NCBI GenBank assembly: GCA_003353945.1
Contig: PIVM01000002.1
Coordinates: forward strand, 5,569-69,568
Reading direction: 5' to 3'
Origin: Gammaproteobacteria bacterium
Lineage (GTDB): Bacteria > Pseudomonadota > Gammaproteobacteria > Pseudomonadales > PIVM01
DNA length: 64,000 nt
The position numbers were made by a program, and so were the translations under genes. This document shows, in pieces, positions 1-10,042 of this stretch. Each line of letters starts with the position of its first letter. Position 1 is the stretch's first letter. The notes below the pieces were generated by a model that saw nothing but the letters and a program-made list of their open reading frames with translations, ran no database searches and had not been told where the DNA came from.

Positions 1-13
1 GGGTGATGAAGAA

Positions 14-1906
14 ATGTCGATGGCTGTAAAATTCAAGGCAACTGTTTATGAGGGAGTCTCGGATAACAACCCGTTCGGTAGTTTTGAGTTTACCTACCAT
101 GCATATCCCTCCATGGATTCAGGTCAGAGTCTTGGTGGTGGTGAGATAAAGACCGTCAATACGCTGGATGGTGATCTTGGTTTTACTATGTATGAAAACT
201 TTTCAATTGGGGATTTTGGGAATACTCAACAGGCCAGCGTTGTTATGAGCGATGACAGGAGTGCTGGTGTAGCGATAACAGCATCGAGCTTTGAAGGTGA
301 TATGAGCGACGATGGTGAGAATGTGGCCTTCGCACTGGCGTTTGATGAGGACAATGTACTGATTCAAAATAATACGAATCTAGCGTCGTTGGACTACAAG
401 GGGGGTAATGGTGGTGCTGGCGTATGCTTGAGCAAAACGGATTTTAAGGAAGCGGTTTGGCGTTATGATCTTTATGACTACATAACCGGTGCGCGGGTTG
501 AATTGAATTCAGGTTTTCCAATGACCTATGACAGCGATGGCGATGGAACAGATGACAGTCATGGTTGGGTAGGCTACTGGGGTGTGTGGACTGAGCAGGA
601 ACAAGGGCTGAGTGACGGCGATATCATTCACAAAGAAGTTTTTGCCGATAGTGAAGCCACTCCGCAAGAGTATACGGTTGTTAAAGCTCCGGGCCGTTTA
701 ATCAAGCACACAGTAGAATCTTTAACTCTGGCAGAAATTGAGGGTGTTGATTTCTTTTACTGGAGTGAGGCAGCCCAACAGCAAGGGTATGATCAGTATG
801 TCGTGCGCTATTTGACTGCTGATGATGGCGTTAGTGCGAGTGGCTTCTACATTGTTGCCGGCTTAAGTTGGGGTAACTCCAGCACTGGAGAGGATTTTGG
901 TGGGCCTCAGCAGACTAGTCTAGCTACACCGCAAGCGGTTACCTTGAGCGAATGGGAAGATTCCCTGCATATGTGGTCTGATCAGTTGGGTGGTGGCGTG
1001 CAGTATCGCATGGATGCTAGTGTTATCACATTCTTCAAAGAAAGCTATGTTAACGGTAGTGAGGAAGGGATATTTGATCAGGCTGGCAATCTTGCATTGA
1101 CGTGTTACACCGAGTGTCCGTTGGGTACCCTGAGCTTGACTGACTTGGTGAACTGGCAGGGAGTTGGTAGTCCGTGGGAACCTGAGCCTGCGGATCTTGC
1201 GAATTTTACTCCCCACACTTACACCATCTCCAATACAGACGCGAATATGCTTGCGCTAGTTAAAGACTCAAACAGTGAAGTTGTTAAACTGGCTGACAAT
1301 ATTGCTCGCACACAGTTACAGCAGTCTGAGTTTAGCTGGGGTCTTCGTACGGGGCCGATGGTAAAAGCAGCGGTAGCTGCCACGATCTCGAATGATAATC
1401 CATGGGAAGTCCATAATCCTGATCTTGTCACGGAGTTTTATGTATGGGAGACCGGATTAGAGGATTGGCACCAGTTAACAGCAGTGCGTGATAGTCAGGG
1501 ATCGATGGTGTCCTTTGATCGGCCAATCGAATTCAGTTACCGTCACAGCGATGCAAAAGATCGTAGTGGCGATGCCGGACAATTTAATGGTCAAACGATG
1601 TTGTTGCATTATGGTGGTAACGGCGATTTAAGCGGCATTCCTCACAAATCAGTGGGAGATGATCGCTGGTACCCGGTTGTTAATATTGCTGATGCAGTTC
1701 AGATGGGACCCACGGGTACTGAGTATGTCATCAAAGCGCTAGATATTGAGAAGAAGATGGCTCCAGACGAGGCTGGTTGTACTAATCTGGTTGTAAATGA
1801 TCCAGAAGCACCGTTACCGACTGAAATTACAGGTAATGCTGATATTGGCACTATGCCAGATGTTAATGATGCTCCGGCAGTCATAGGCGGTGAAGTCCAG
1901 AAATAA
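14..1906 (+). CDS. hypothetical acidic (D/E/G-rich) protein, no family recognised; possibly 5'-truncated by the window edge
   Basis: 630-aa ORF with no competing long frame. Nt 2-13 upstream are in frame with no stop. A strong intrinsic terminator lies 40 nt after the stop. Confidence 0.55.
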   Translation: MSMAVKFKATVYEGVSDNNPFGSFEFTYHAYPSMDSGQSLGGGEIKTVNTLDGDLGFTMYENFSIGDFGNTQQASVVMSDDRSAGVAITASSFEGDMSDDGENVAFALAFDEDNVLIQNNTNLASLDYKGGNGGAGVCLSKTDFKEAVWRYDLYDYITGARVELNSGFPMTYDSDGDGTDDSHGWVGYWGVWTEQEQGLSDGDIIHKEVFADSEATPQEYTVVKAPGRLIKHTVESLTLAEIEGVDFFYWSEAAQQQGYDQYVVRYLTADDGVSASGFYIVAGLSWGNSSTGEDFGGPQQTSLATPQAVTLSEWEDSLHMWSDQLGGGVQYRMDASVITFFKESYVNGSEEGIFDQAGNLALTCYTECPLGTLSLTDLVNWQGVGSPWEPEPADLANFTPHTYTISNTDANMLALVKDSNSEVVKLADNIARTQLQQSEFSWGLRTGPMVKAAVAATISNDNPWEVHNPDLVTEFYVWETGLEDWHQLTAVRDSQGSMVSFDRPIEFSYRHSDAKDRSGDAGQFNGQTMLLHYGGNGDLSGIPHKSVGDDRWYPVVNIADAVQMGPTGTEYVIKALDIEKKMAPDEAGCTNLVVNDPEAPLPTEITGNADIGTMPDVNDAPAVIGGEVQK

Positions 1907-1946
1907 CTGACTCGAAAGTTCGCAATAATATGGAAGCGTTATCGAT

Positions 1947-1978
1947 AGCCCGCACAATTTTCACTGTGCGGGCTTTTT
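1947..1978 (+). terminator. rho-independent terminator
   Basis: Perfect 10-bp stem AGCCCGCACA/TGTGCGGGCT with an 8-nt loop, followed by TTTTT. Confidence 0.8.
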
Positions 1979-2162
1979 ACGTCAATGTTTTTTTTTCGTT
2001 AAAACCTGTAAAATACGCGGTGCTTCCTGATAGGGTTCTTGAATCCTGTTTGTGAACAGGGGGTAAAAGACTATAATCTTATGTAGAAACGGGGTCCCCT
2101 TTTCACGCCTATTGCAGGTAAATGACAGGCGGGGGGTAGATTTATTGGGAGTGTAGTGACAT

Positions 2163-2615
2163 ATGCTAAAAGTCAAAGAAATCATGACCACAAAAGTCAT
2201 ATCTGTAACGCCTGAAAATACTTTTGGGCAGACTAAGGCGCTGATGACGGAGCACCATATCCGACATATTCCTGTGCTGGATGAAGCTAAAAAACTGATG
2301 GGTATAGTGACTCAGAGAGATGTTCTGCGAGCCCAGTCCTCATGTTTGCAGGGGGAGGAGTCATCGGCTATGAAAGAGGATTCGGCCAGTATTCTGGCTG
2401 TTATGTCTGACCACCTTAAATCGGTCCATCCTCAAGATAGTCTTAGATCCGCTGGAATATTGATGCAATCCCACAAAATAGGTTGTTTACCTGTGCTTGA
2501 AGATGAGCAGTTGGTTGGCATCATTACTGATTCTGATTTTGTTGGTGTGGCGATTAACTTGATCGAAGAGCAGGATTATCATGAAGAGCAAGGCACAATG
2601 GATGATGATTTTTAA
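2163..2615 (+). CDS. CBS-pair domain protein
   Basis: 150 aa. Two CBS motifs: HIRHIPVLD...GIVTQRDVL and HKIGCLPVLEDEQLVGIITDSDF. Confidence 0.8.
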   Translation: MLKVKEIMTTKVISVTPENTFGQTKALMTEHHIRHIPVLDEAKKLMGIVTQRDVLRAQSSCLQGEESSAMKEDSASILAVMSDHLKSVHPQDSLRSAGILMQSHKIGCLPVLEDEQLVGIITDSDFVGVAINLIEEQDYHEEQGTMDDDF

Positions 2616-2636
2616 GTCATCCTCCAGTTTGCTGTA

Positions 2637-2669
2637 GTGCAGTGTGAGTGCAGTGTGAGTGCAGTGTGC
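2637..2669. repeat. 11-bp tandem repeat x3 (GTGCAGTGTGA)
   Basis: Read directly: gtgcagtgtga gtgcagtgtga gtgcagtgtgc, in the spacer between the two CBS genes. Confidence 0.9.
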
Positions 2670-2732
2670 GAATCATGGCCAATAGACCAGGAAATCCAGT
2701 ATATAAAATAATAAACAACTGAGAGGGTCGAT

Positions 2733-3179
2733 GTGTTAAAAGTCAGTGAAATAATGACTTGGGATGTGGTATATGTAACTGAGTATCATACTATTTCCCA
2801 GGTTCGTCATATGATGATCAATCATGATATTCGACACATCCCTGTTGTCGATGAGAATGGTTTTCCCGTGGGCTTGATAACACAGAGGGATTTACTGAAA
2901 TCGGAATTATCCAGTTTGTCGGTTAGTGATCCAGAAGTGGGCCATGCCAATGAGGCATTTGCTACTGCGGCCAAGATTATGTCTCGAGGTATTAAATATG
3001 CCCGCCCGGAAGATAGCCTGAAGCAAACGGGCCATATAATGCAGCAGTGCAAGATTGGTTGTTTGCCCGTTGTTGAACAAGGTAAGTTAGTAGGTATTAT
3101 TACAGATTCTGATTACGTGGGTGTCGCTATCAGTCTTATTGAAGAGCTTGACAGTATTGACACAGGGACTGCTGAGTGA
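2733..3179 (+). CDS. CBS-pair domain protein (paralogue of 2163..2615)
   Basis: 148 aa with a GTG start 5 nt after GAGAGGG. Same architecture and conserved blocks as the upstream gene (MLKVxEIMT, IRHIPV, KIGCLPV, GIITDSD). Confidence 0.8.
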   Translation: MLKVSEIMTWDVVYVTEYHTISQVRHMMINHDIRHIPVVDENGFPVGLITQRDLLKSELSSLSVSDPEVGHANEAFATAAKIMSRGIKYARPEDSLKQTGHIMQQCKIGCLPVVEQGKLVGIITDSDYVGVAISLIEELDSIDTGTAE

Positions 3180-3772
3180 TTATTTTTGTTCGTGTGGCAG
3201 CAGCTGTCTATTGAGTATCGGTTGGTTCTGACCTTTTCGGCTTATATTCGGATTATTTCATTCAATTTCAATATTAGGCAATATCAGGTGCTCCAGTAAG
3301 ATGGATGTAGCGGCTGGTTCTTGTCCCGCGAAGTTCATGTTAATTCACTATAGTGATTCAGTCTATCCGTAGTGAGCTAATTGAGCGGGTGTAAGTGTGT
3401 GCTTACTATTTGTATTGCCCTCAATATTAGCTTATAAGAGTCGTAGTTGTTTGTGTAAGTTGCTTATTGTTCGAAATTGGAAAAATAACACCGGGGAGAT
3501 GAGGAGTGATGACGGATATAATTGAAGACAGCAAAAAACCATGTAAGCACTGCCAGATTATTCGACGTATATTAACTGCGGTGATATTAATTTGTGCAAC
3601 AGCCGTGTTGCTTTTGAATCATCTTGATGCCTAATCAGGAATTGGCAAGCTTTCATGCAAAAGGATCCCGTTCCAGTGAGCTCAACTCTGGATTGCCGTG
3701 TGGCAAACCGGTTAAAATGCGTGACGGCGTTTAATGGCGTATTCCAGGATAATGCGCGTTTAGGCCAGCAAT

Positions 3773-3848
<76 letters not shown>

Positions 3849-4167
3849 AAACATATCGACAGTATCCATTTTCTTAAGTTTTTCTTTTGTGCTCCCCTTG
3901 TAATGATCCCTATTTCAGGGGATCTTCTAGTTCTTAGCTGATCTCATTACATGTATGATTTATAAAGGGATTATGCTTAATCTTGATAATTAATACAGAT
4001 GAGTACATGAATATACTGGTGGTAGTGACGCTTTATACGTGGTTCTGTTTGTTAAAACTTAAACGGCGCTTGACGCTTATTGCCGGTTCAACTGATGATG
4101 ATCGCTACGATCATGTGTTACCCGAGTCCAGAATGGTAACGACAGTCGGGAATAGCCGTAACAGCAG

Positions 4168-4204
4168 GCGCTAATGCCTTGGGCGCATTAGCGCTTGCTT
4201 TTTT
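4168..4204 (+). terminator. rho-independent terminator
   Basis: Perfect 10-bp stem GCGCTAATGC/GCATTAGCGC followed by TTGCTTTTTT. The stem includes the stop codon of a small ORF (4007..4174). Confidence 0.7.
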
Positions 4205-4356
4205 ATAACATGTTGCTGCCATTCTGAAAAATAAAGCTGGCACACGGATTGCTGTTAATAACGTGCGATAATAAAAATAATGCTGAGAATAATAAAAATA
4301 AGTCCGTAAGATCTAGATGGGGAGCTTGCTCCCCGCTGACTTTTTCCGCCTTTCTT

Positions 4357-4518
4357 TAGGGCCGCGGAAAAAATAAATTATCCAATTACGCTTGCTTCCT
4401 GCTCCCTCACCTTCGTTGTTCAAATGCTTACATATTCCAATATGCTCCCATTTGAGCGCCTCGGTGAGAAAGCATGATTCTGCGCCTAATTGGAAAATTT
4501 ATTATTTCCGAGGCCCTA
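4357..4518. repeat. MITE-like element or long imperfect hairpin (about 35-bp terminal inverted repeats around about 90 bp)
   Basis: Left arm is TAGGGCCGCGGAAAAAATAAATTATCCAATTACGC. The reverse complement of the right arm is TAGGGCCTCGGAAATAATAAATTTTCCAATTAGGCGC. The interior is also partly self-complementary. Confidence 0.5.
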
Positions 4519-4722
4519 TGCTTGCCGCTAGCCAATAAATTCGCTCGCTTCCAGTCAGATCGGTTTTAGCAAATCATGTGTTCTAAATTGGCACATTCAT
4601 ATTGAATAGCATCGGCCTTAAACAAGGTTGGGCACAATTACACTATGTGTTGGGCCTCTGCAAACGGTCACATTTTCTTTTTATTTCACCTGGATCATCC
4701 GGATGAGATGGAACCAAAATGC

Positions 4723-5244
4723 TTATGGTTTTCTATCACTTTCAAACTCCCATCTACCAGTGCTTTCATTACACATGTATGTCATGCTTTTTGACATAAT
4801 GTATTTGCTTCCGTCAAAGGAAAAAGCCCTTTCAACAAAATTTTTACCAGACACATCACTGCTATATATTTGGTAATATCCATTTTCAATTTCGAGCAAG
4901 TTCACATTCCATGCTCGGTAGTTGCCAATGCTCTTATATGCATTGTCAACTTTTTGAAAAATATAATAATAAGCACCGGCAGTGCTTCCATACCTCTTGG
5001 CAATAGCAAATATTTCACACTCCCCGTCGTTATTAAGATCAACTGAGTGCTTTATGGATAAAGATTCGTTGTCTGGAAGTAAGGGTGTAATTTCCTTTTT
5101 TTCTATTTCACATGCTTTCGCATCTACTTTTGCGGGAAAGCTTTTCTTATCCCTAAATTTCCAAGGCTCATTTATGGAGCATGGATTACTTGCATAAATT
5201 GAAACCGGAAAGCTTAATACAATTGTAGCTAGTATGTGTTTCAT
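4723..5244 (-). CDS. small secreted hypothetical protein with an FG-GAP/VCBS-like DxNxDGxxE motif
   Basis: Signal-peptide-like N-terminus MKHILATIVLSFPVSIYA. Motif DLNNDGECEIF. The gene is AT-rich. The start was chosen at the Met preceding the signal peptide; the ORF extends to 5301. Confidence 0.5.
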   Translation of the reverse strand: MKHILATIVLSFPVSIYASNPCSINEPWKFRDKKSFPAKVDAKACEIEKKEITPLLPDNESLSIKHSVDLNNDGECEIFAIAKRYGSTAGAYYYIFQKVDNAYKSIGNYRAWNVNLLEIENGYYQIYSSDVSGKNFVERAFSFDGSKYIMSKSMTYMCNESTGRWEFESDRKP

Positions 5245-5709
5245 ACGGCATCCATTAAGACCCTGTTTACCTTTGTTTAGAAATTGAGGCATTTTTTGCA
5301 CTTGCAGATGTGATAGAACAGATTGCTATAGTAATAGGGAATTCTATCCCCTTGGTTTGTCTCTTTTTTTGGTTTATGTCAAGGATTTGTTTTTTTCCTT
5401 TGAAAACCTCAGAAAGAGCGATGGGGGTTTGATAGTTTCTTCGATCTTATGCTCGATTGTATGAATCAACTCGCGTATTATCGGCACCTGCATTAGCTAG
5501 GGCTGGCCAAAGTAGAATTATATGGTGTTGTTTGCACTGGAATTAGCGAGAGGCACTTTTGATTGTATCAGATGATTTATTGTCAATTTCCCTCGGGTAC
5601 TGCGGAGGCTAACGAGCCCATTTAGTACCACTCCCAGATTTACGCTAAACAGCAGTTTTTTTACCGATTTCCCAATCTTGGCATCAAGCCACCGACTAGG
5701 AGATGTTCG

Positions 5710-7239
5710 ATGATTGTTATTCCCAAAGAGATAGACCCACTCGAAGCGCGGGTTGCAGCTACACCCACGAGCGTTAAAAAACTAATAGATTTAGGTTTTG
5801 ACGTTGCCGTTCAGAGCGGTGCCGGCGAAGCCTCCAGTTTTTCTGATAGTGACTATCAGAAAAGTGGCGCAGTAATTAAACCTGATGCCGCCAGCCTGTA
5901 TAAGGGAGGAGACCTCATACTGAAGGTTTTGGCGCCGACGGGTAAGGAAATCAAGCAGATCAAATCTGGCACCAAGCTGATTAGTTTTATCTGGCCTGCA
6001 CAGAATGAATCCTTGCTGAAGGCACTAGCGAAAAAGAAAATTACTGCTTTGGCCATGGACTCCGTACCGCGCATCACAAGGGCGCAATCCATGGACGTGC
6101 TATCGTCCATGTCCAATATTGCCGGATATCGTGCGGTGATGGAGGCTGCTCACAGCTTTGGTCGCTTTTTTACTGGGCAGATTACTGCGGCCGGTAAAAT
6201 GCCGCCGGCAAAAGTGCTGGTTATTGGTGCAGGAGTCGCTGGGTTGGCTGCTGTTGGTACGGCAAAGAGTCTTGGGGCGATTGTGCGTGCTTTTGATACC
6301 CGACCTGTTGTTAAGGAGCAGGTTGAGTCGATGGGCGGAGAATTTATCCAGGTAGAGTTTGAAGAAGACGGTAGCGGCACCGGTGGTTATGCCAAAGAAA
6401 TGTCAAAGGAATTTATTGACGCAGAAATGGCTTTGTTCCGCGAGCAAGCCAAAGACGTCGATATCGTCATTACGACCGCGTTGATTCCTGGAAAGCCCGC
6501 ACCCAAATTGTGGCTGGAAGATATGGTCCAGTTAATGAAAGATGGGTCTGTAGTTGTGGATCTGGCCGCTGAACAGGGCGGCAACTGTGAGTTGACTGTA
6601 CCGGGAGAGATGGTGGTGAAGGAAGGTGTTACCATCGTTGGCTACACCAATATGCCTAGTCGGGCACCTGCACAAGCGTCCTCACTTTACGGTACCAATC
6701 TTGTGCACTTGGCGAAACTGCTGTGCCCGGAGAAGAACGGTGAGGTTAACATCGACTTTGACGACGTGATTATACGCACGATGACCGTCACCAAGGATGA
6801 TGAAATTACCTGGCCGCCGCCTCCTGTTGAAATGCCCGCTCCGCCACCGGCTAAACCGGCAGAGGCAACTGTGGTGCAAGAAGAACCGAAAGACAATAGT
6901 AAGCTGATAACCGGTATGTGGATTATTGCCGGCATAGCGCTATATGCGCTGGGTCAGGCTGCACCAATGGCATTTGTCGGGCATTTTACCGTGTTTGTGC
7001 TCGCCGTTATCGTCGGCTTCCATGTGATATGGAATGTTAGCCATGCCCTGCACACACCCTTGATGAGTGTCACCAATGCTATTTCGGGTATCGTGGTCAT
7101 TGGAGCCCTTTTGCAAATCAGTGGTTCTGGATCAGGAGTTATCACCTTTTTAGCTTTCATTGGGGTGTTGGTGTCCACTATTAATATTGCCGGTGGTTTC
7201 TTTGTAACCCAGCGCATGCTTAACATGTTTCGTAAGTAG
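5710..7239 (+). CDS. pntA: NAD(P) transhydrogenase subunit alpha (full length with C-terminal membrane domain)
   Basis: 509 aa with an AGGAG RBS. Alanine-dehydrogenase-like dI domain with GAGVAGLAA Rossmann motif, then a Pro-rich linker and 4 hydrophobic helices. Immediately followed by pntB. Confidence 0.93.
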   Translation: MIVIPKEIDPLEARVAATPTSVKKLIDLGFDVAVQSGAGEASSFSDSDYQKSGAVIKPDAASLYKGGDLILKVLAPTGKEIKQIKSGTKLISFIWPAQNESLLKALAKKKITALAMDSVPRITRAQSMDVLSSMSNIAGYRAVMEAAHSFGRFFTGQITAAGKMPPAKVLVIGAGVAGLAAVGTAKSLGAIVRAFDTRPVVKEQVESMGGEFIQVEFEEDGSGTGGYAKEMSKEFIDAEMALFREQAKDVDIVITTALIPGKPAPKLWLEDMVQLMKDGSVVVDLAAEQGGNCELTVPGEMVVKEGVTIVGYTNMPSRAPAQASSLYGTNLVHLAKLLCPEKNGEVNIDFDDVIIRTMTVTKDDEITWPPPPVEMPAPPPAKPAEATVVQEEPKDNSKLITGMWIIAGIALYALGQAAPMAFVGHFTVFVLAVIVGFHVIWNVSHALHTPLMSVTNAISGIVVIGALLQISGSGSGVITFLAFIGVLVSTINIAGGFFVTQRMLNMFRK

Positions 7240-7250
7240 GAGGTGAAGAG

Positions 7251-8648
7251 ATGAGTAGTTTAATTTCAATGGCCTATCTTTTTGCCGCCGTATTGTTTAT
7301 CCAGAGTTTAAGTGGACTCAGCGCGCATGAAACGGCTAAACGAGGCAATATCTACGGTATGGCGGGGATGGCGATTGCCATTATTGCCACTATTTTCAGT
7401 GATAGTGTTGTTGCCTATGGGTGGCTATTTTTTGCCGTGATAATTGGTGCGGCTATTGGCCTGGTGCTAGCCAAGCGTGTCGAAATGACCGAGATGCCAC
7501 AACTGGTTGCCATGTTGCACAGTTTTGTGGGATTGGCCGCCGTGCTGATCGGTTGGGCCGGATATATTGATCCGCGCATGCATTTAACCGGTGCTGAGTT
7601 TGTTATTCATAGCACTGAATTGTATCTAGGTGTTTTTATTGGTGCCATAACCTTGTCCGGCTCCATCGTTGCCTTTGGCAAGTTGCACGGCATAATTTCC
7701 GGCGCGCCGATGCTGTTGCCTATGCGGCATTGGTTGAATCTGGGAATTATTGTGCTGACTCTGTTATTGGGTTTCGGGTTTGTGTCAGGAGAGCATGCCG
7801 GTGCTGATACGTTCTATCTGGTGGTAATGACCTTGATTGCGCTGTTCCTGGGCGTGCATCTGGTGGCAGCGATCGGTGGTGCGGATATGCCGGTGGTGGT
7901 CTCAATGCTGAACAGTTATTCCGGTTGGGCTGCCTCTGCAACTGGCTTTATGTTGGGCAATGATTTGCTGATTATCACCGGTGCGCTGGTCGGTTCATCA
8001 GGTGCGGTGCTGAGTTACCTGATGTGCAAGGGTATGAATCGCTCATTTATCAGTGTCATCATGGGTGGTTTTGGTACCGATACCGGAGAAGTATTACACG
8101 GTGGTGATGAAGATCACCCTGATCCGATTGCAACCTCTGCAGAGGAGGTGGCTGATGATCTGGCCATGGCTGATAGCGTTATCATTACACCAGGATACGG
8201 TATGGCGGTTGCGCATGCTCAGATGGCGGTGAGTGAGTTGACGGAAAATCTGCGCAAAAAAGGCAAAACCGTACGTTTTGGTATTCATCCGGTGGCTGGG
8301 CGTCTTCCCGGTCATATGAACGTGTTATTGGCTGAAGCCAGCGTGCCTTATGACGTGGTGCTGGAAATGGATGAGATCAATGATGATTTTCCGGAAACCG
8401 ATATCGTGCTGGTCATCGGGGCTAATGATACAGTGAATCCTGATGCAGTGGAAAAACCTGATTGTGCTATCGGCGGTATGCCGGTACTGGAGGTTTGGAA
8501 AGCCAAGCGAGTTATCGTTTCGAAGCGCTCGATGGCCTCTGGTTATGCTGGTGTGGCAAATCCTCTGTTTATCAAGGAAAACACGCGGATGTTGTTTGGT
8601 GATGCCAAGGACAGTGTGCAGGAAATTTTAAAGCACATCGACGACTGA
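7251..8648 (+). CDS. pntB: NAD(P) transhydrogenase subunit beta
   Basis: 465 aa with a GGAGG RBS. Polytopic N-terminal half plus a C-terminal dIII NADP(H) domain ([43 protein letters not shown]). Confidence 0.93.
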   Translation: MSSLISMAYLFAAVLFIQSLSGLSAHETAKRGNIYGMAGMAIAIIATIFSDSVVAYGWLFFAVIIGAAIGLVLAKRVEMTEMPQLVAMLHSFVGLAAVLIGWAGYIDPRMHLTGAEFVIHSTELYLGVFIGAITLSGSIVAFGKLHGIISGAPMLLPMRHWLNLGIIVLTLLLGFGFVSGEHAGADTFYLVVMTLIALFLGVHLVAAIGGADMPVVVSMLNSYSGWAASATGFMLGNDLLIITGALVGSSGAVLSYLMCKGMNRSFISVIMGGFGTDTGEVLHGGDEDHPDPIATSAEEVADDLAMADSVIITPGYGMAVAHAQMAVSELTENLRKKGKTVRFGIHPVAGRLPGHMNVLLAEASVPYDVVLEMDEINDDFPETDIVLVIGANDTVNPDAVEKPDCAIGGMPVLEVWKAKRVIVSKRSMASGYAGVANPLFIKENTRMLFGDAKDSVQEILKHIDD

Positions 8649-8888
8649 TCCTCTCCTTTTTGTCTGACTCGCCACTCAAGTGGCGGCTCAGGCAACTTTC
8701 CCTATCCCCGCATGTTTTATATCTCAGCTTAATTTCGCCTAAAACAAGGGAGTGACTTCCCTTGTTTGCTTGTGAATGGCGAGTCGCCGACAGATTGGTG
8801 TGATTTCTGCTTGCAGTTCGTGGAATACGTCAATATGTTGATTTTCTGACGCGTATTCTTGTTTCTGATCTTAATTCCGGAAATCACT

Positions 8889-10010
8889 ATGATCCGCCAG
8901 CTTAACTTTTGGATGTGTTTCCCCTCTTTCCTGTACTGTGTGCTGCTTGCCAGTGCTTGTGGCGACAAGCCTTGGGAGGACGATGATGACCCGGAAGTCT
9001 CTTCCGTTTTGTATCGGCAGGGCATATTTCTTGACGGGGCGGTGAGTGGGCTCGATTATCTTTCAGAGACGCACTCAGGTATTACCGATGCTAATGGAAA
9101 GTTTGTCTACAGCTTGCGTGAGGAAGTCAGTTTTTTCATCGGTGGTATTGAGCTGGGAAGTGCTGCAGGTGCTGAGATTTTGTCCCCCCTGAATATGGTG
9201 CCAGGGGCACACAGCATTGAGCACCCTTCTATCAGTAATATGATACGTTTTTTGCAAACACTGGATAAGGATGCAGACCCGAGTAATGGTATAGAAATTT
9301 CAGCGAGCATCCGTAGTGCTGCGGAAAATATTGCGATCAATTTTCATCAGTTGGTCGCAGAATTTGAAGCTGATCAGAACGTGATTGATTTTATTGCTGC
9401 GAATACCAGCAGTGGAGCGCTGGTGACGGCAGAGGCCGCGCGCACTCATTTTTCCGAGATGATGACTGCAAATGGAATTGAACCTCTGTCTGCTGAAAAA
9501 CACCGATTTAAAGTGGTTCGTAACCTGGATCCTCGCGAACAGGTGCCCTCTAATATCAATGGTGGGTTACCTTTTTTATCGACTGATTCCAATACCTATA
9601 ATTTGACAGAGACATTTATTCTGGAGGACAGTTTTGGATTTTCTCATACGGTCCACCTGTATTATGTAAAAGAACCTATGGATGCGACAGACGCTGTTAC
9701 TAGTGGCTTGCCTAACACCTGGTCCTTGTATGTCGAAGTGGATGATATTGCGCAACAGGTAGGGGGCGCGGATCCTGATAATCCAAGCCCAGCTCGGTTC
9801 ATATTGCGTTTTGGTGCGGATGGTTATTTGATTTCTGGTACCAGTCTCGTTGTCAGCAATTGGACGCCAGTCTATAACAACACCACAGATTCAGCGCGCC
9901 CTCTGGGGCCGGATGCCGATAACCCGTTGGTAACGGACCCACCAAGCAGCTCAAATTTTGAGATTGATATTAGCGCAGTAAAATTTGGTGTGGCCGTCGC
10001 CGCAGAGTAA
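8889..10010 (+). CDS. hypothetical lipoprotein; the C-terminal part resembles the flagellar hook FlgE/FlaE D2-type domain
   Basis: Lipobox LLASAC. C-terminal pattern ILEDSFGFSHTVHLYYVK...NTWSLYVEVD...ILRFGADGYLIS. The start is uncertain; the ORF is open from 8859. Confidence 0.5.
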   Translation: MIRQLNFWMCFPSFLYCVLLASACGDKPWEDDDDPEVSSVLYRQGIFLDGAVSGLDYLSETHSGITDANGKFVYSLREEVSFFIGGIELGSAAGAEILSPLNMVPGAHSIEHPSISNMIRFLQTLDKDADPSNGIEISASIRSAAENIAINFHQLVAEFEADQNVIDFIAANTSSGALVTAEAARTHFSEMMTANGIEPLSAEKHRFKVVRNLDPREQVPSNINGGLPFLSTDSNTYNLTETFILEDSFGFSHTVHLYYVKEPMDATDAVTSGLPNTWSLYVEVDDIAQQVGGADPDNPSPARFILRFGADGYLISGTSLVVSNWTPVYNNTTDSARPLGPDADNPLVTDPPSSSNFEIDISAVKFGVAVAAE

Positions 10011-10042
10011 TGATCGACTGAATTTGTTGTTCAGGTACTTCC

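Noticed and set aside
2637-2669. CRISPR-like array (also considered for the repeats at 11154-11186 and 45149-45238)
   Set aside because: The units are contiguous 11-15-bp tandem repeats with no spacers, there are no cas genes, and one array is inside a coding region. These are microsatellite/VNTR repeats, not CRISPR.
3849-5709. tRNA-linked integrative island or prophage
   Set aside because: I found no integrase, excisionase or phage genes, and no direct repeat of the tRNA 3' end in the downstream 2 kb. Only compositional oddity remains, and that is reported as a low-interest finding.
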